NCBI RefSeq assembly: GCF_009834535.1
Contig: NC_045696.1
Location: forward strand, 98,458,001 to 98,522,000
Source of the DNA: Camelus ferus
Taxonomy: Eukaryota
Direction of reading: 5' to 3'
DNA length: 64,000 bases
Of the stretch, positions 38,049-52,485 are shown one piece after another. Both the position numbers and the translations under genes were made by a program. Numbering within the stretch: position 1 is the first letter of the stretch; each line of letters begins with the position of its first letter. The notes below the pieces were generated by a model that was not told where the DNA came from, ran no database searches, and was given only the letters and a program-made list of their open reading frames with translations.

Positions 38049-40671
38049 CTTGAAGAGCACAATACTATGAATGTGGTCTTTGTTCACTACAAATTTCTGT
38101 TCAGAAAATGAAGCCTCAAGGAGAAAAACTTTTTTATACTGAAACCCAGATAAATTACCATTCTGTCTTTCAGGCACATAGGTTTCCTCCCTAATTCTTC
38201 CCAACCCATATGGCTTCTGGTGGAGCCAGCTAATCACACAGTGGGAAAGATACATTAATGGAAGTCAGAAGTAAGGTATTGAATAGACTAATGGAAGCTT
38301 TTTAAGAATTCCAAGTGCTCTTCATATTAGAACCTTTGCCATAAAGGTGACAATATTAACAATAATAATCCTCTTAACAAAAAACTAATACCAGTTCTGA
38401 GTCAGTAAGAGCCATCGGTTCTACTCTGCTCTGTCCACGGATGCCCTGATTTCCATTTCTAGTCCTCAGTACATATTGTTCAATTCAATAACCTAAAGTT
38501 TTACTGGTAAAACAGAATGTCAAAATGAATCCAGTAATTAGCTTCTCCATTAGGAGGCTCATTTAATTTCAAAGCTAATGCTATCCATCATTTCCGTTTC
38601 CAATTAATCCGAATACAGAAATGCTATAGTAACCAAACAGTATGTTCTTTGAAGAGCTGATCTTATGACATATCATGGCGTCAGCAAACTTTCTTTAGAG
38701 ATGTGATTATAGAGCCAAACAAGTAGAACTATTTCTCATCTTTTTTTCTTGAGTGTATTTATTTTGCAATTTTAAAACATTTGAAAAATATGCAACTTTT
38801 CCCAGTCTTATTTCTTGAAAAAATGTTAACCATTTGTAAACAGAATAAATATTTTCATAAGATTCAGACTAGAATAATATGGATTGAAATTATTTTGAGA
38901 TCAAATCCTTGGAATCCTTGAGGAATATTAAAAATAAACATTTGCCTACCTGGTGGGATTAGGGTCATAGATTCCATTTCAGCAGTAGATTTGGAATATG
39001 GGAAATTATGGAATGTTATAATCATTCCTTTAGCTCTTTCTGGGGATATATATCTCTGTTTGAACTTATCTAAGTGTCTAGTGACTATGGAAGCAGGAAA
39101 AGGAAAAAAGGAAAATGCTGGGATTTGAAACTGTATCTAATTATTCTTCAGCAGAAAAAAATTGTTAAATGGAATACAGCATTTGCCTGTCCCCTCTCCA
39201 AAAACAAGGGGGATTATTTTTAAACGTGGTTAGCTCTGCATGTGTCACATTTTCAAATTATTCTGTCAGGGTTTCCCTAGAGGAAGGCAGAGGTAGAGAT
39301 TTTTCACTGGGTAAATATATAAATATGTAATCATATGGCTCTTATGTATGTTCATACTTATGTAAGAAGCAGAAAAAAATCAGTGATTAATTAATTTAGT
39401 GATTGATAGAAGGAGGGTCAAAGCCATTCTTACCAGGTGGAGGCCAACCTGAATGACTTCATTGGAAAACTTTCTGATCAATTCACAGAAACAATAGGCT
39501 TGAGATAACCCAAAGATAAAGCATAAGAACTATCTGATCAAAAGGAATCACAAACAGAGAGAATGAAAAGAAGCAATCAGAGATCTAATGCCTACTGTCA
39601 TCAGAATGAATACTGTTGAGTACAATGAGATAAATTGGATCCTCCCGCAGTGGTTGGAATGATGATTAGGATAGCTTTCTAAGAGTGTTAAATGGCTGCA
39701 ATGTGGTTTTCAAGTAAGAATTATACATTAACAGTTTTGAAAACCTTCCCCAAAACTGGTCAGGCAATAAGGTTGTTTGACCTCTGCTTCCTAGAAACAA
39801 ATCAAAGACTGGCTGTTTCATAAGAACAGAGCACCACCTTGTGTTGGTAAGTTATTACACCTCTGTGGGACACCTAAGGAGGGCCTTGCCATCATAGTGA
39901 GAGCTTGTCAGTAATGCTACTGAGGAAAATAGGCCAGCATAATAGCTTCTCAGTCATTTTAAACTCTTAGCCTTATGTATTAGCTGTGTTTATGTTCTAA
40001 GAAAGAGAAATAAAGAACACTATAAAGATATGGCTGGTCAGAACAAAAATATTTTTTGTAACTTTTTATATAAATGCTTTATCTCAGGAAAGAATTCTGT
40101 AAGCTAAATCTATAGCTTTGATCCTAAGTTAATTTTGCATTGAACAAATTATACTCAATGTTTTTTTCTTAACTTGAACCAGGTTAAATATCAACAAAGC
40201 GATTTTGAGTTTGAAAAAGAAGTGCGTTACTTCCCAAGTAGTCAACAAATAAGTTATTTGGAAACTACGGAATATCAACTATCTTAAGTTGAAAATAAAT
40301 TCACCTTAAATGCTTCTAGGAAAACTGTAAAGCCATTTATGAAGTAGGAAGAAACTTAGTCAAGCAGCATTACAAATCTTCATTTTCGTAGACTCTCTGC
40401 TCTAAGGTTTTTCATATGAAATGGGAAATTTAAAGCCCTGCAACTGATGCAAGTGTGATCTTGCTCAATCTTCAAAATTAAACTCAAATCTTAACATCAG
40501 TTCTTCTGTGGTCACTCCATACTCAGTATTCCTAGGACACTTGGTTTTGTAAAATTAAAACTGTTTCATGCTAAAGTGATTTTTGCTCATGTATCATCTC
40601 CTGTCTTCAGTTTTTTGGCTTAAAGGACCTGGTCTCTCCCCCTTACAAAGTCCTGCAACAGTCTAGAAGAG

Positions 40672-40878
40672 TGCTTTTGCTACAGAACTTTCTTCAGTGG
40701 CAGGAATGTTTTCTTCACTGTCCAGTATGGTAGCCACTAGCTGCATGTGGCTATCAGGCAATTGAAATGTGTGACTAAGAAACCAAATTTTAAATTGTAT
40801 TTAATTTTATTTAATGTAAATGTAAAATTAAACAGTGATACATGGCTATTGCCTACTGTTTAGACAGGGTGGGTCTAC
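40672..40878. mobile_element. MER3/MER33-type hAT-Charlie MITE
   Basis: ctgtccagtatggtagccactagctgcatgtggcta...tgaaatgtg...acatggctattgcctactgtttagacag. Confidence 0.8.
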
Positions 40879-41739
40879 AAAAATGCCTCAACAGAAAGAT
40901 CTCTGTTGAATGAATAAGTGGTAAGGAATTTGAACGTGATGTGTTAAATGATTTCTACTTTGTAGTGTAGGGGATAATTAAAATTTTAATACTCACATTG
41001 TATGTCCTTTCTCAGGTAAAGCTTGAGAACTCAATAACTCATCCATGTGAAAATTTTTAATAAATAAATCATTGAGATAGTTTTATTTGCTGCTTATACT
41101 CATCTTCTGTCCTCAAATAGTTTAAAAAAACTCATACAGTTTAAAACTCAGTTTGTTTTCTCATATAGTTTAAAATTCTCATATAGCGTATAAATCACTC
41201 TCATACAGTTTAAAAATTATTTTATTTTCTTCACCACCCTGGATGAATTCTGAAGGCAATATATTTAATTACTTGTTTCATTAGAATAACATAGGAGAGT
41301 TTCTACACATCTGTGTAAGTAGATTTGAAATTTAGTATGAGTAGACTTGAAATTCAGTGTAATCTTGTCCAAATGTCCAAAGTTAAATTACAACAGAACC
41401 TATTATCTCATCAATGCTTTCTCTCTCTCCATCTTGACCAAGTACTTGGGATAATATGGCATCCTGAAAAGGGTTTTTTTTTTTTTTTCCCCAATATATT
41501 TTGGATGGAACACTGCAAGTGTATAAGCATATCTTAGTATTTGTATTCAACTCCAAATTTTATTTGTTTTTATTCAACAAATATTTATTAAATCTGTATC
41601 ATGTATCAGGCAATCTGCCAGGTACAGGGGCTGAAATAAAAACTAGCTCTGTTCACATCCTTAAGGTTTGCAGCTTTGGGGTCAGGAGGCAGTTAATTTT
41701 AACCGTTAAAAATATATATTGAATATTTAATTCTTTCAA

Positions 41740-41890
41740 AAGCTCTGTGAGGTGCTGTTATTAACTTTATTTTATAAGTGATAAAAAACAAGGTTTAAAG
41801 ATGTTAAGTAACTTCCTGCAAGTAATATAAATTGAAATGGGAATGTCAGGATTTGAACTCGTGTCCTAGTATTTGCAAGATAGAAACTGC
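41740..41890 (-). mobile_element. MIR SINE
   Basis: ctctgtgaggtgctgttatt...attttataagtgata...gttaagtaactt...aggatttgaactc. Confidence 0.7.
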
Positions 41891-42689
41891 TGATATCTAT
41901 GCTATATTGAATTTTCTATAAATAAGTATTTTAAACAAAAGATTATGAGGGCCTTAAAAGTTTGGTGGGAAATGTTCTGAGAGCTTGGATCAAGAAGTCA
42001 CTGAAAGTAGGACATTTCTCATGAATCTGAGTACACTGCATATATACTTCTTTGATATACACAATTCAAGCATAATGAGATAAAATTTTGTCTCATAATC
42101 AAATAAACAAATATTAGTCAAGCAATATCTAATTTGACCTAGAGACAAAACAGATCCCCTGATTACATAAACTAGGTTTTGATGCTGTGCAGGCATGATC
42201 CCTGATCATGCCTTTTAAGTTCATCCACAGGCTTCTCTGAAGCACTATTGGAATCAAATTGCCAAAATATCATCAGACAGTGTTTTGTGTTTAATTACTA
42301 AATATGAAATGGAAAACACATTTGGATCATCACAGCGGAATGACACTGTAGCTCATCTCACAATTAACTTTCATTTAGGAAAATGGATGTTTTTATATTT
42401 TATTTAACATTAAATATTCTTTACCTTTTAGGAAGTAGAAAATTCTACATTTTACACAACTGTACTTTTTCTCTTTGTTATTTTTTTCTAAATATGTAAA
42501 TAGGCAGCTTTGATATCTACTTTTGAGTTATGATTGTAGAGGTGATAACCACCCTTTGTAGAAAAACCATTAGCAACTATATTCTGTATACATGTGGTTA
42601 AATGTGAGAATTCATATTGGATTAGTATAATTGCATGGCAAAATAGCTAATGTTTATTAAGTTACTGCTTATTGAACCTATTAGTTAAT

Positions 42690-42950
42690 ATCTGTCACCA
42701 CACATAGTTGAAATATTTTTCCTTGAGATGAGAAATTTTAAGATCTCTTCTATTATTAGCAGCTTTCAAATATACCATACAGTATTGTTAACTGTTTTCA
42801 CCACACTGTACCTTACATCCCCAAGACTTACTTATCTTATAACTGGAAGTTTGTACCTTTTGATCACCTTCAACCATTTTTCCCACCCTACACACCCCTG
42901 CCCCTGGCAACTACCAATCTGTTCTCTGTGTCTGTGAGTTCAGTGTTTTA
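42690..42950 (-). mobile_element. L1MA9-like 3' UTR fragment
   Basis: agcagctttcaaatataccatacagtattgttaact...tcttataactggaagtttgtaccttttga. Confidence 0.85.
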
Positions 42951-45900
42951 AAAAAGAATTCTGGTAGAATATTCTATTTCATTTAAATTGTTTAATTTCT
43001 CTTATTTTTTATGTTTTGTCATAGCTGGGTTTCGTGTCTAGCTGGTTGTGCATATGGTGAAACAGTTTTGTGCTGTATCCAAAGCATTCATTAGTTCTTC
43101 AGTTTTTCCTTTTTTATTTATTTATAGACATCTATGTGATTAACTAATTTAGAAGCATATATTTCTTGAGCACTTCAATGTGTCCAGAACTACAGCAGAG
43201 AACACAAAAGAAGCAAGAAACATGGCTTATGTCCTCACAGAACATGCAAATTTTCTTGGGTGCCAGAATTGACAAATATCATCAATATTATCAGAAAAAA
43301 GAAAGAAAGAAAGAAAAATAGCATTCGGTCAATAAAGCAAAAGGAATTAAAGGGAAGATTTGTGTAAGCTCGGTATTCTTTTCATAATACCCCTCTAAGA
43401 TAGGAATTATTTCACTCATATTATAGAGGAGAAAATTAGTATCAGAGAAGCTAAGTAGCTTTTGGGAATTTGACTCCAGAGCTTATGTTCTTTCTGCTGC
43501 AGTAACTAAGTTAGGGAAGGCCGGAGGTGGTTCTCAAGCTGAGTGTCTAAAAATGTGTTGGGTTGAAATAAACAGAGACCAGGACTCAGAAGCAGAGCTC
43601 AAGGTGGGAATGACCAGGCAGATGAGAAGGCTTGCCTGATGAGCCTGAGGTGTGTGTTGGGTAGTAAGATGAGTAGGACTTTGGGCCAGAAACAGAAGGT
43701 GTTGGAAGCTATGCCTACTAAGAAGCTGATTCTTTTTGTGGTAGATTCCAGAGCAGGGCAACTGTATATTTAAATGCTATTTCAGAAAAACTTCTTTAGT
43801 AGGTAAGGATAGATAAGAGTAGGGAAAAAATAGTTGCAGTCAGAAGGGTAACTTGTCTGGAAGAAGTTGTAGAGAAAATATTGCACAGATACAGGGTTAG
43901 AATAAGAAACCTTGAGTTTCTGGACTGAGTGGTGTATATTTGTCATTTGTATTTATGCATCCTCCATTTTCTTCTTGGCCAACTCAGCATGGATTCCATA
44001 ACCACCATTTTCAATTATGTTGCTCCACAATAGAATGATCTGCAAGGGACCACTTAGTTACTTGTTTATTTTAGGTCTTCACTGGAATATAAGTGTTAGG
44101 AAGAAAGAAAATTTATCTTGTTCATCTCAGTATCCTTAGACCCTTGAATATATCCTGGCACGTAGTAGGTTCTCTACAAGTGTGCTTTAAATTTTTCCAT
44201 CATTGGCTTTTGCTAAATCATTATGATATCTTTCAGGCATAATGGGTGAACATATTTGCATGGCAAGATTGGAAATAGATATCATGCAGTACTTAGCAAA
44301 GGTGCTTACGGGAAAATCACACACTGGAATGTAACTAAGTTTAAAATGATGGTGGCCTAATTCCAATTACTCAGAAGCTGATTAGTTTGCAAATCGTCCA
44401 CAGGCCCCCTGCTTCTCTTCCTTGTAACTGCTGCCAACTTTTGGCTAATTTTGTGCTCATTAGCACTTCCTCTAGAGCTTGGGCAAGGCATGGACATGAC
44501 CTTTGGGTTTGTCCATTTTGCTGCTTATTAACAATTTGGGGGAGGATTTGGTGAGATAGAGACTGGAACTACTGGCAAAGATGAATATTTTATATCATCA
44601 CATATAGATTTTATTTATTCATGTTATTATTCCTTCTTTCTGCATGACCTATTTGAAAGATAAATGTGTAATGTGAATGTAATATACATAATGATCTCTT
44701 TGATCATGAACATTTGCTGACATTTCAATACATATGGATTATAATGGGAATAGATCTTAAATCCAAAGGTTAAATTCAACACAGTTGTCATGCCAAAGTT
44801 ATTCAGTGTGATAGTATGTATCTTGTATGCCTCTTAAAGTTCAAGGAGTTAGATGACTTATGTAACTTCATACAAAAATATTTATTTTAATTAAGAAGAG
44901 CTACACATATTCTTAGAGCCACACATCATATTTTAATGACTTAATTTGAACGCAAACCCATATATAGGTAATGAAATACCAACTTCTGTGATGAATTGCA
45001 AATAATGTACAAATAGAAATATCAACAGAAAGATTAGATATTATAAATTGACATGAAGAAACAACATAGAAATAAACTGTAATTATAAACTCAAATTCAT
45101 TAAGATAAAGTTGGGACATCAGTGAAAGACCGAAATATTAATAATACAGATAATTTGCTGCAGGACTCCTGGGAATTAAAATTTACCCAATAGTTGAATT
45201 TTCTAAAGAAATACAATAAGAAAGCTCAACTGTAAAGATTTACTCAATTGTTTGATGACATCTCTTCCTCTTATATGCAAACTACTATTCTGTAACTCTG
45301 AAATTAATTAGAATAAGCTACATAAAAATATTATTTTAATTAGCATAAATGTTTCTGTGATTAATAAAGAGGTCAAGGATTATATAGGTACAGAGATCAA
45401 ACTGGAATCTTTCACTTTTATCTTTGGGGAGAACACAAATGGAAGTGAAAACATAGTCAATGATATTATTTACTTTTTTTGAAAAATTAAACTCAAATGG
45501 TTTTGGGCTCAAAATTTTACTAGATATTTGCTAGATGTACTGTAAAACATATAGGTGAAAATAAGGGATTTTGAGGTGGAGAAAATTACAAAATATCTGT
45601 AAAGATATATTATTAACTTTGTTGAACATCACTTGTGCCACTTATAAATGCAGTACTTAACATATTTCTCAGTATGACATAAATATATTTATCTCAGGTT
45701 GTATAATGTTTTACTCAATATTTTCAAATATTATTTAGTGCAGTCAGTGAAGTTCTTATTAATCAAATTTTACCATCTCTCCAAAGTTTACATAAAACAA
45801 GGTGAGATATAAATAAATGCACATACAAAGTAAACAAGTTTAGGAATATTCAAATTCCTAATTTGAAGAGCATCAATATTGCAGTATTTCTCCCAGGTGC

Positions 45901-47329
45901 TGCCAATATATTATCATCAATTCTATTTGTATTGGAAATTCTGAGGAAAGAGATAAGTAATTTAATACAATTGTTATTTATTTTAGCAATGTCTCTAGAC
46001 AATTTGAGAACCTGCCAGAGAAGCATTTATATACCAGTCACTGAATAATGGACATTTTAATTTTTAATTTTTGTGCTTATCATTCACAGATGGTTGTAAA
46101 TAGGGCTGGTATCTGAATGCTGCCCTTCAGTACTAGCTGTTTTAGATGACATCTGTTCTGTAGGGTCTGTGCCAGAGCTATACTAGCTGTTAAATATTTT
46201 GAGTAACATCCTAGATGTAAATATAATTTTACTGGCTTGTGCACATGAAGCAGGACTTTTACCAGTTGATTACTAGCCTTAGAAAACTGTTTTAAAAAAT
46301 TAATGACGATTTGTTCAGCTTACTTACATTCTTTATATTTTCTTAAAAGTTCGCGTCATAAATTGCATTATTGTCACAATAAGGAGTATTGTGATTGACA
46401 GAAGGACACCAACAGATACATCCTAAAGATGTACAATTTCTTTAATAATACAAGATGGAGAAACCTTTGCAGAGATTAAGTAGAGAAGGCGTTAACACAG
46501 CGTGACGCAGAGTGAGGAACTGCTTTGCAAACCCTCAGGTCCCAGAGGGACATGGTGGGCCACTCAGAAGACCATCTGTGTGGGGTGAGGGAGCTGTCAG
46601 GTGCTAGGAGCCCTCCTTATTTCAACTTTTCAGAGATTTTTGTATCCTCCTGAGAGCTCCCCTCAACTGCACAGGGGCTCTGGCCACATGCCTGCCTGCA
46701 CCCGGGTTCAAGAACCAAACAGCCTTAGCAAATTCCTCAGTCCTTTCTACGTTTGTGTGTGAGAGGAGATCTGTTTTCCAGGAACCACCCTCTGCTGACC
46801 CAGGCTTCAGGCCCATGTAACTCCTCCTGGACTAGTATGATAACTTTTACTAGTCAGCCTGGATCATGTATTCTGATGTGTAAATAGTGGCATAAATAAC
46901 TCACCTATTACTTAACTACCTACTAACTACTTTTCTCACCTTCAGAGATAAGTGCGTATCTGAAGGTGAAAATATACACTTGCATTTAATATACTGCAAC
47001 ACTGTGTACTAATAGGGTAATCCACTAACCCATGGTTGGAAATGACTTTTTAGTGACTAGGTCAAAGAATATATTTCTGGAGACTCAAAGAGGTATTTTG
47101 GTATTCTACCAGTGTTCTCCCACCACTAGGTAGTTCTCTAGTGAAGTTCTCCATAGACAACGTCTTCTTGCTGTAGTCATTAAAACAGTGCCAAAGAACT
47201 AAATATGAGGCAGTGCATTTATGTTTCTGTTATTCTTTTTCTGGTTACCATTCTTCATCACTTTAAACTTAGACATAATCATGTGATTTGTTTTCTCCAA
47301 TAAAATATCATCTTAAGTCACTTCTGCAT

Positions 47330-47555
47330 AGAAGTAACAGAGAGGGCACAATTGTCCAAGTTGCCTCTAAAGATAACAGGAATACATGACAGGGTGGAAT
47401 TTCTTAAGGCCTGAGTTTGTGAGTAACTGTAGTGGGCAGTAGTCCCTAAGTGACTGGGCTGGGCATAAAATGTGAGCAAGAAATAAACTTTTGTATGTTA
47501 GGTACTGACAGGATTTGTTACTGCAGCATAACCTAGCCTATCCTAGCTAATATAG
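47330..47555 (+). mobile_element. MaLR LTR 3' part (MLT1I/J-like)
   Basis: tgtgagcaagaaataaacttttg...ttgttactgcagcataacctagcctatcctagctaatata. Confidence 0.8.
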
Positions 47556-50500
47556 GGTATTCCTATCTTAAATCTGTCTTCTGGGATGTTCTGCCTTATA
47601 TAAATTCTAGGAGAGGTGATTTGTTGAATAAAAACTCCTCGTCAAAAAATTTTTAAAGCATTTCCTTTTTTATTCATAGATGTCAAACAACATCTTTGCA
47701 AATTGTGTCTCAGTTATTTTTTATATTGTGTATCCAGGAAAGATTCTTCCCTAAAACCTGTGGGTTGAATTCTAAGGGTTAAATAGAATTTATATTCCTT
47801 CAAGGAGCCATTTATTTCTTGATTTTCCAGCAACGATGTGGTAACTATGCTTTCAATCAATGCCCTACTTCAGTGGTTACTGGTTACACCCATTTTTGCA
47901 CGATTACAAGAGGAACACAAGCAACAATAATTTTGAAATTCATTACAATGCCAGGGTTTATATGCTCTCATTAAGCATTAATTGGTAGTTGATGGCTATT
48001 GCTATTTTTAACACCATTAGTTCATAGCAATATAATTAGTAACGCTAAGTACAGGAACCACATTAATAGCATTACTAATTGTAAATCTGGAGATAGAAAC
48101 ACAACATGACTAGTTAATTTCCAGGCAGTATCTCATGATAATTAGCTGTAGGACATTTGTGCCAAACTAGAAAGGTAAATAATTTAAATTCTTTCTATAT
48201 TTTTTTGTAGTTTGCACTACTAATACTACCCTTTAATGTGTAGATCTCATTCCACCTTCTGATGTTAACATTTTTTCCTTTTTAACTCCCTTCTGGTGTA
48301 TGCATCCTAAATAATGATTCATTTGTCTCTCACAAGAAAAATGTACAGTCATTTGTTGAACAAATTTTATTGCTCCATACCCAAGTTGCAAAAAGTGATG
48401 TATTAAATGACTTACTACTTCTATTATACTGTAATTGGTTTTCAGTGTTTAGTGCAAAACCTCTTAATCGTCTTTGATATATACCCTGTCTTTCCTCATT
48501 TCTTTAGCAGCAAACTGGCCAACTTCTTTGGCCAACTTCTTAAGTCTAGTATTAAGTTTCATGATAGTAGAATTAAGGGGGAAATGTTCTGTAGCTACAA
48601 TCAGTAAGTGAAAAATAACAACAACTTAATATTCTATAGCTGTTCATGCTGTTTGAGATGTAGGGACTCCTCCTGCAGTCACATCATGGGCTTTAACAGT
48701 TTATAGTACCTACAACACTGGGGACCATGTTCTTTAAGTGTCCTTTTATGAGCTTGCTAAGGGACAGGGTTTAGAAAGAGATTCTCTATTTTTTTCTTTT
48801 CCTTTGCTTTTCAGAAGAATTTTGATGTAATATGTGTGAGGAGATTAGGAACAGACCCTAATATAGTCAAAAATATTTGAGTCATTGTGTAAGAAATCAT
48901 AAAGTAGGCAATTTAATTTTACATTAATCCCCCCCCCCCATTATTCTTCAGTTAAGCTATGAAGATCTTCGGAGACAGTATTGTTAACGTGCCATTTCAG
49001 GCATGTCTTTGTGTTTTGTTTTTGGTTTTTCAAACGAACCAGATTACACGTGAAAACACTGGTTTTCCTCATTCTTTTCACATCTGAGAGTCACTGTGTG
49101 TATCTTGCTGCTTCATTGATAATGGGAGAAACAGCCAAAACAGTGATTTCAGCATGTTGAAACTGTGAATGTCAGTAGATTCAATGATTTATGATTAGAT
49201 AAAATCTGTAAAAATGAGTTGATTGCTTAGTGTATTATTTTAAAATGTTAATATAAACTCAAATGTGTTTTACACAATGAGAGCAAGAGGAAAAAAGAAA
49301 GACACATGGTCGGTGAAAACCCTGCAAGAGTTTATTTCCCATATTGGCATCTGAGGATTTTGTTAGAGTAGTAGCTTTATTATTCTTTCTTGAGCTTTCA
49401 ACTCTTAACAGAATGCGCGTTAACCTGTCAAAATGTGCAATGCTATTATTTAGTTGTAATTAGTTAATGATTATGTCATTTCTTTTGGCAGGGAATGCCT
49501 TAGCTGATGAAACAATCTTCTATTCGGTTAAAAATATACATATGTAAACAATAGAGAAAAAAAGCACTGGGAAGGCACGTAATGATTCTTTATTTTCCAT
49601 CACATTAGCACATTAATGTGCAGTGAGTTTAAAGAAGTGGCATGAATAAGCTACTACACTGTACTCTTGGTAATATTGACTTTTATGGGCAATTTAATTT
49701 TAAGTCTACAATATATAATTTAACACAGTTCTGCTTTTCCAAAGACGGATTATGAAGGTGATCCTTGTTCAGTGAGACACCACAAGGAAATAAATTATTT
49801 CATCTTTCTGGTGATGGTTAAGTTTAGTAGAAATCATACTACTGGTTGCTTTACTTTCACCAGGTAATCCCTTTTCAAATGAAAGGCGATAATTAATTAG
49901 CTGCCGCTAATTATTGCTGGGAAAAATTGTGTTTCTGAGTGGAAGAGGAGCATTTCAACTCAGTGATACAATTATTAAGATGCTTTCCCCCGCCCCACCT
50001 CATGAGAAAAATTAAAGCCTGGAAGTTTAAGATGTTTATAACATTATCAAATTGATTTAACTTTTGTTCCTGTAATTTGGGAACCAAAAGAGCGTGGCTT
50101 TTCTTTCTCCTTGTGTGTATCAGATGATCGTGGGGATCTGGGGATCTAAGGCAGGTAGCAGAACAGGGGGTGGCTTATGGTGGAGAGCGGGTACTCCAAG
50201 TGCTGCAATTTTCATGCCATCTGCCCCAGAGCGCAGGAGCTTCCAGAAAGCCCGAGGTTTTCAGGATAATATATGGTCAATCTGGAAAAAAAATTAAATA
50301 CATCTGGGATCTTTTGTGGGAACAAGGCATGTGTGTAATAAAGGCAAGTTTTATGTGACCTGAGAAGAACTGGACCATGAAACGATAGAATATTTAGGAT
50401 TTTAACAGCCATGCAGTATCTGAAGCAGATGCACAGGAGGGTGGCTGTAGCCTCAGAGTGATGCCCTGGCAGACACTGAGGAGAAGACAGCATTTGATTG

Positions 50501-52485
50501 TCCCAAACCTTCATTTATCTGCCAGCAGATGTCCCTATAAGGCAGTAGTATCTTACATCTGGAGTGGCTGATTATGAAAATCAGAAACTAAACCACTCAT
50601 CATATTTCCAAAGATTAATAGGATTAAATCCACCATGTACTTCAGAATGTTTCCAGTGATAGATAAAATGCGGTGTAGTATAAGAGCAAATTTAGTGTAC
50701 TTCTGAAAACCACATGAAACAAAATTCCTTCTTAAAAAAAAAAATTCTAGAGTCCCCAACCATTATCAGCCCTAAAACCTCTTTCTACAATGAAATAAAA
50801 ATTTTGGTTGTGTCTTTGTCACCAATTATATCAAATGAGGAAAATACTCACGGTCCAAAAACTACTCTGAATTCAGTAAAATGTTTAATGGTGTGTGTAT
50901 TTATAACTGGTGATAGTCTCTTCTTACATTTGAAAAAATGACAGAAAACGTATCATTATATGTTTCCATGAGACACATGACTCAACTTTCAGCCAATTCC
51001 AGATGCACATACAGATGTAAGGAGTCTGGCAGCAACTTGGGCTGCCCAGAGGATCTGGAGCTACTAGTCATGAAGCAGCAATGCCTTCCATTCCAACTTT
51101 TCATTCTTCAGTGACGTGCTACTTCTACGGTGAATAGAAAACAGCATAGAGAAAAACTGTTCCAAAGAAATACAGCCGGCTTACAAAGCGATTCCTTCGT
51201 TGATTAAAACTCACTAAAGTACAAAATCTGTATCAATACTGATTAACATTTCTAGTTTTAGAATTAATAGGGCCATTTGTTTTTCTCTCCTGAAGAGACG
51301 CAAATGCTATCAAGACCAAAGAGGTGACCTGGATATCATAAAAATTTATGGATTTTGAAACTAAACAAACGTAAACATCTAAATGTCTTTGCCACTCTCT
51401 AGCAGTGTGAATCAGGACAAGCTATTCAGCACCTAGCTTATGCTTCCTCATTTGAGAATAACGTTAGAAATCTCATGGAATTGGTGCCAACATTAAATAA
51501 TACCATTTATGCACAAGCTGGTATATTATAGGAATTCAGTAAATGCTAGCCTTCTACCCCTCCTTCATATTCCTCAGTCAGGTCTTTTATGTTTTGTGAT
51601 CTTAGTGAGTATCAGTCCACTTGCTTTTCAGGAGAAGCTGCAATGACTCCCCATCGTGGGATTTAGATAAAGGATCATGGTCATAGAAGAGGTAACAAGG
51701 GTGCTGGACCCAGAACGAGTTTATCAAATTAAAGACAATTTTCAAAAATTAATTTCAAATAGCAGAAGTATTTAGAGACTTAACAATAGTAATTAGAACA
51801 GGCAGTGCATCTTCTATTGCTGATATTCTCGATCCCATGGAATTCACGAGCCCCTGAATTCCTCTCTAGCGGGGTGCTGGGTGAGTACTGCAAGTCCGGG
51901 ACCCACCTGATGCATGCTCACGGACAGTCCCTTTTTCTCAATGAGAAGTGATGTAAAATATTATCCTTACATATGTAGCAGAAAGCCAACTGCATATGTA
52001 TTCTTAAGAGAAAACAAATCTTAAAATAAAAGTCCTGCTGGCACACCCTCACTCTCTCCGTTTGCCATCATGGGCACTTTGGTGGAGACATTTTTAGAAA
52101 CACCCCTCACTGAGTCACACAAGAAGGAGGGGACACCTTTGGATAATAATTTTCACCAGGATATTAGAAAAGCAGATTTTATTTTCAGTTAAGCCTAGAA
52201 ATAAAAATTTCACTGTGCAGAACCTGTTACTGTATCTATAGTACAGCTGTTACTACAGATTTACATAAATTTCTCCATGTCTGAAAAAACTTTCCAGAAA
52301 AGACAAATATTCACAAATATATCCTCCATAGACCACATATGTGCAAAGTAACACAGATTCAGGGATATCTGTCTTATCTACAGACCACCATGTTCACTTA
52401 CATGTTAGGATACATGTTTCTATATATAAGAAAACGAAAAAAAAAGAAAAAGCAAAATAGTGGAAAGAATAGAAAATAGTGGGAG

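Noticed and set aside
46936..46969. 11-bp perfect hairpin tcaccttcaga/tctgaaggtga
   Set aside because: Too short for a pre-miRNA; no known RNA family recognised.
48815..48888. Strong plus-strand acceptor with downstream gtaaga donor
   Set aside because: All frames closed; such sites are common in T-rich DNA.
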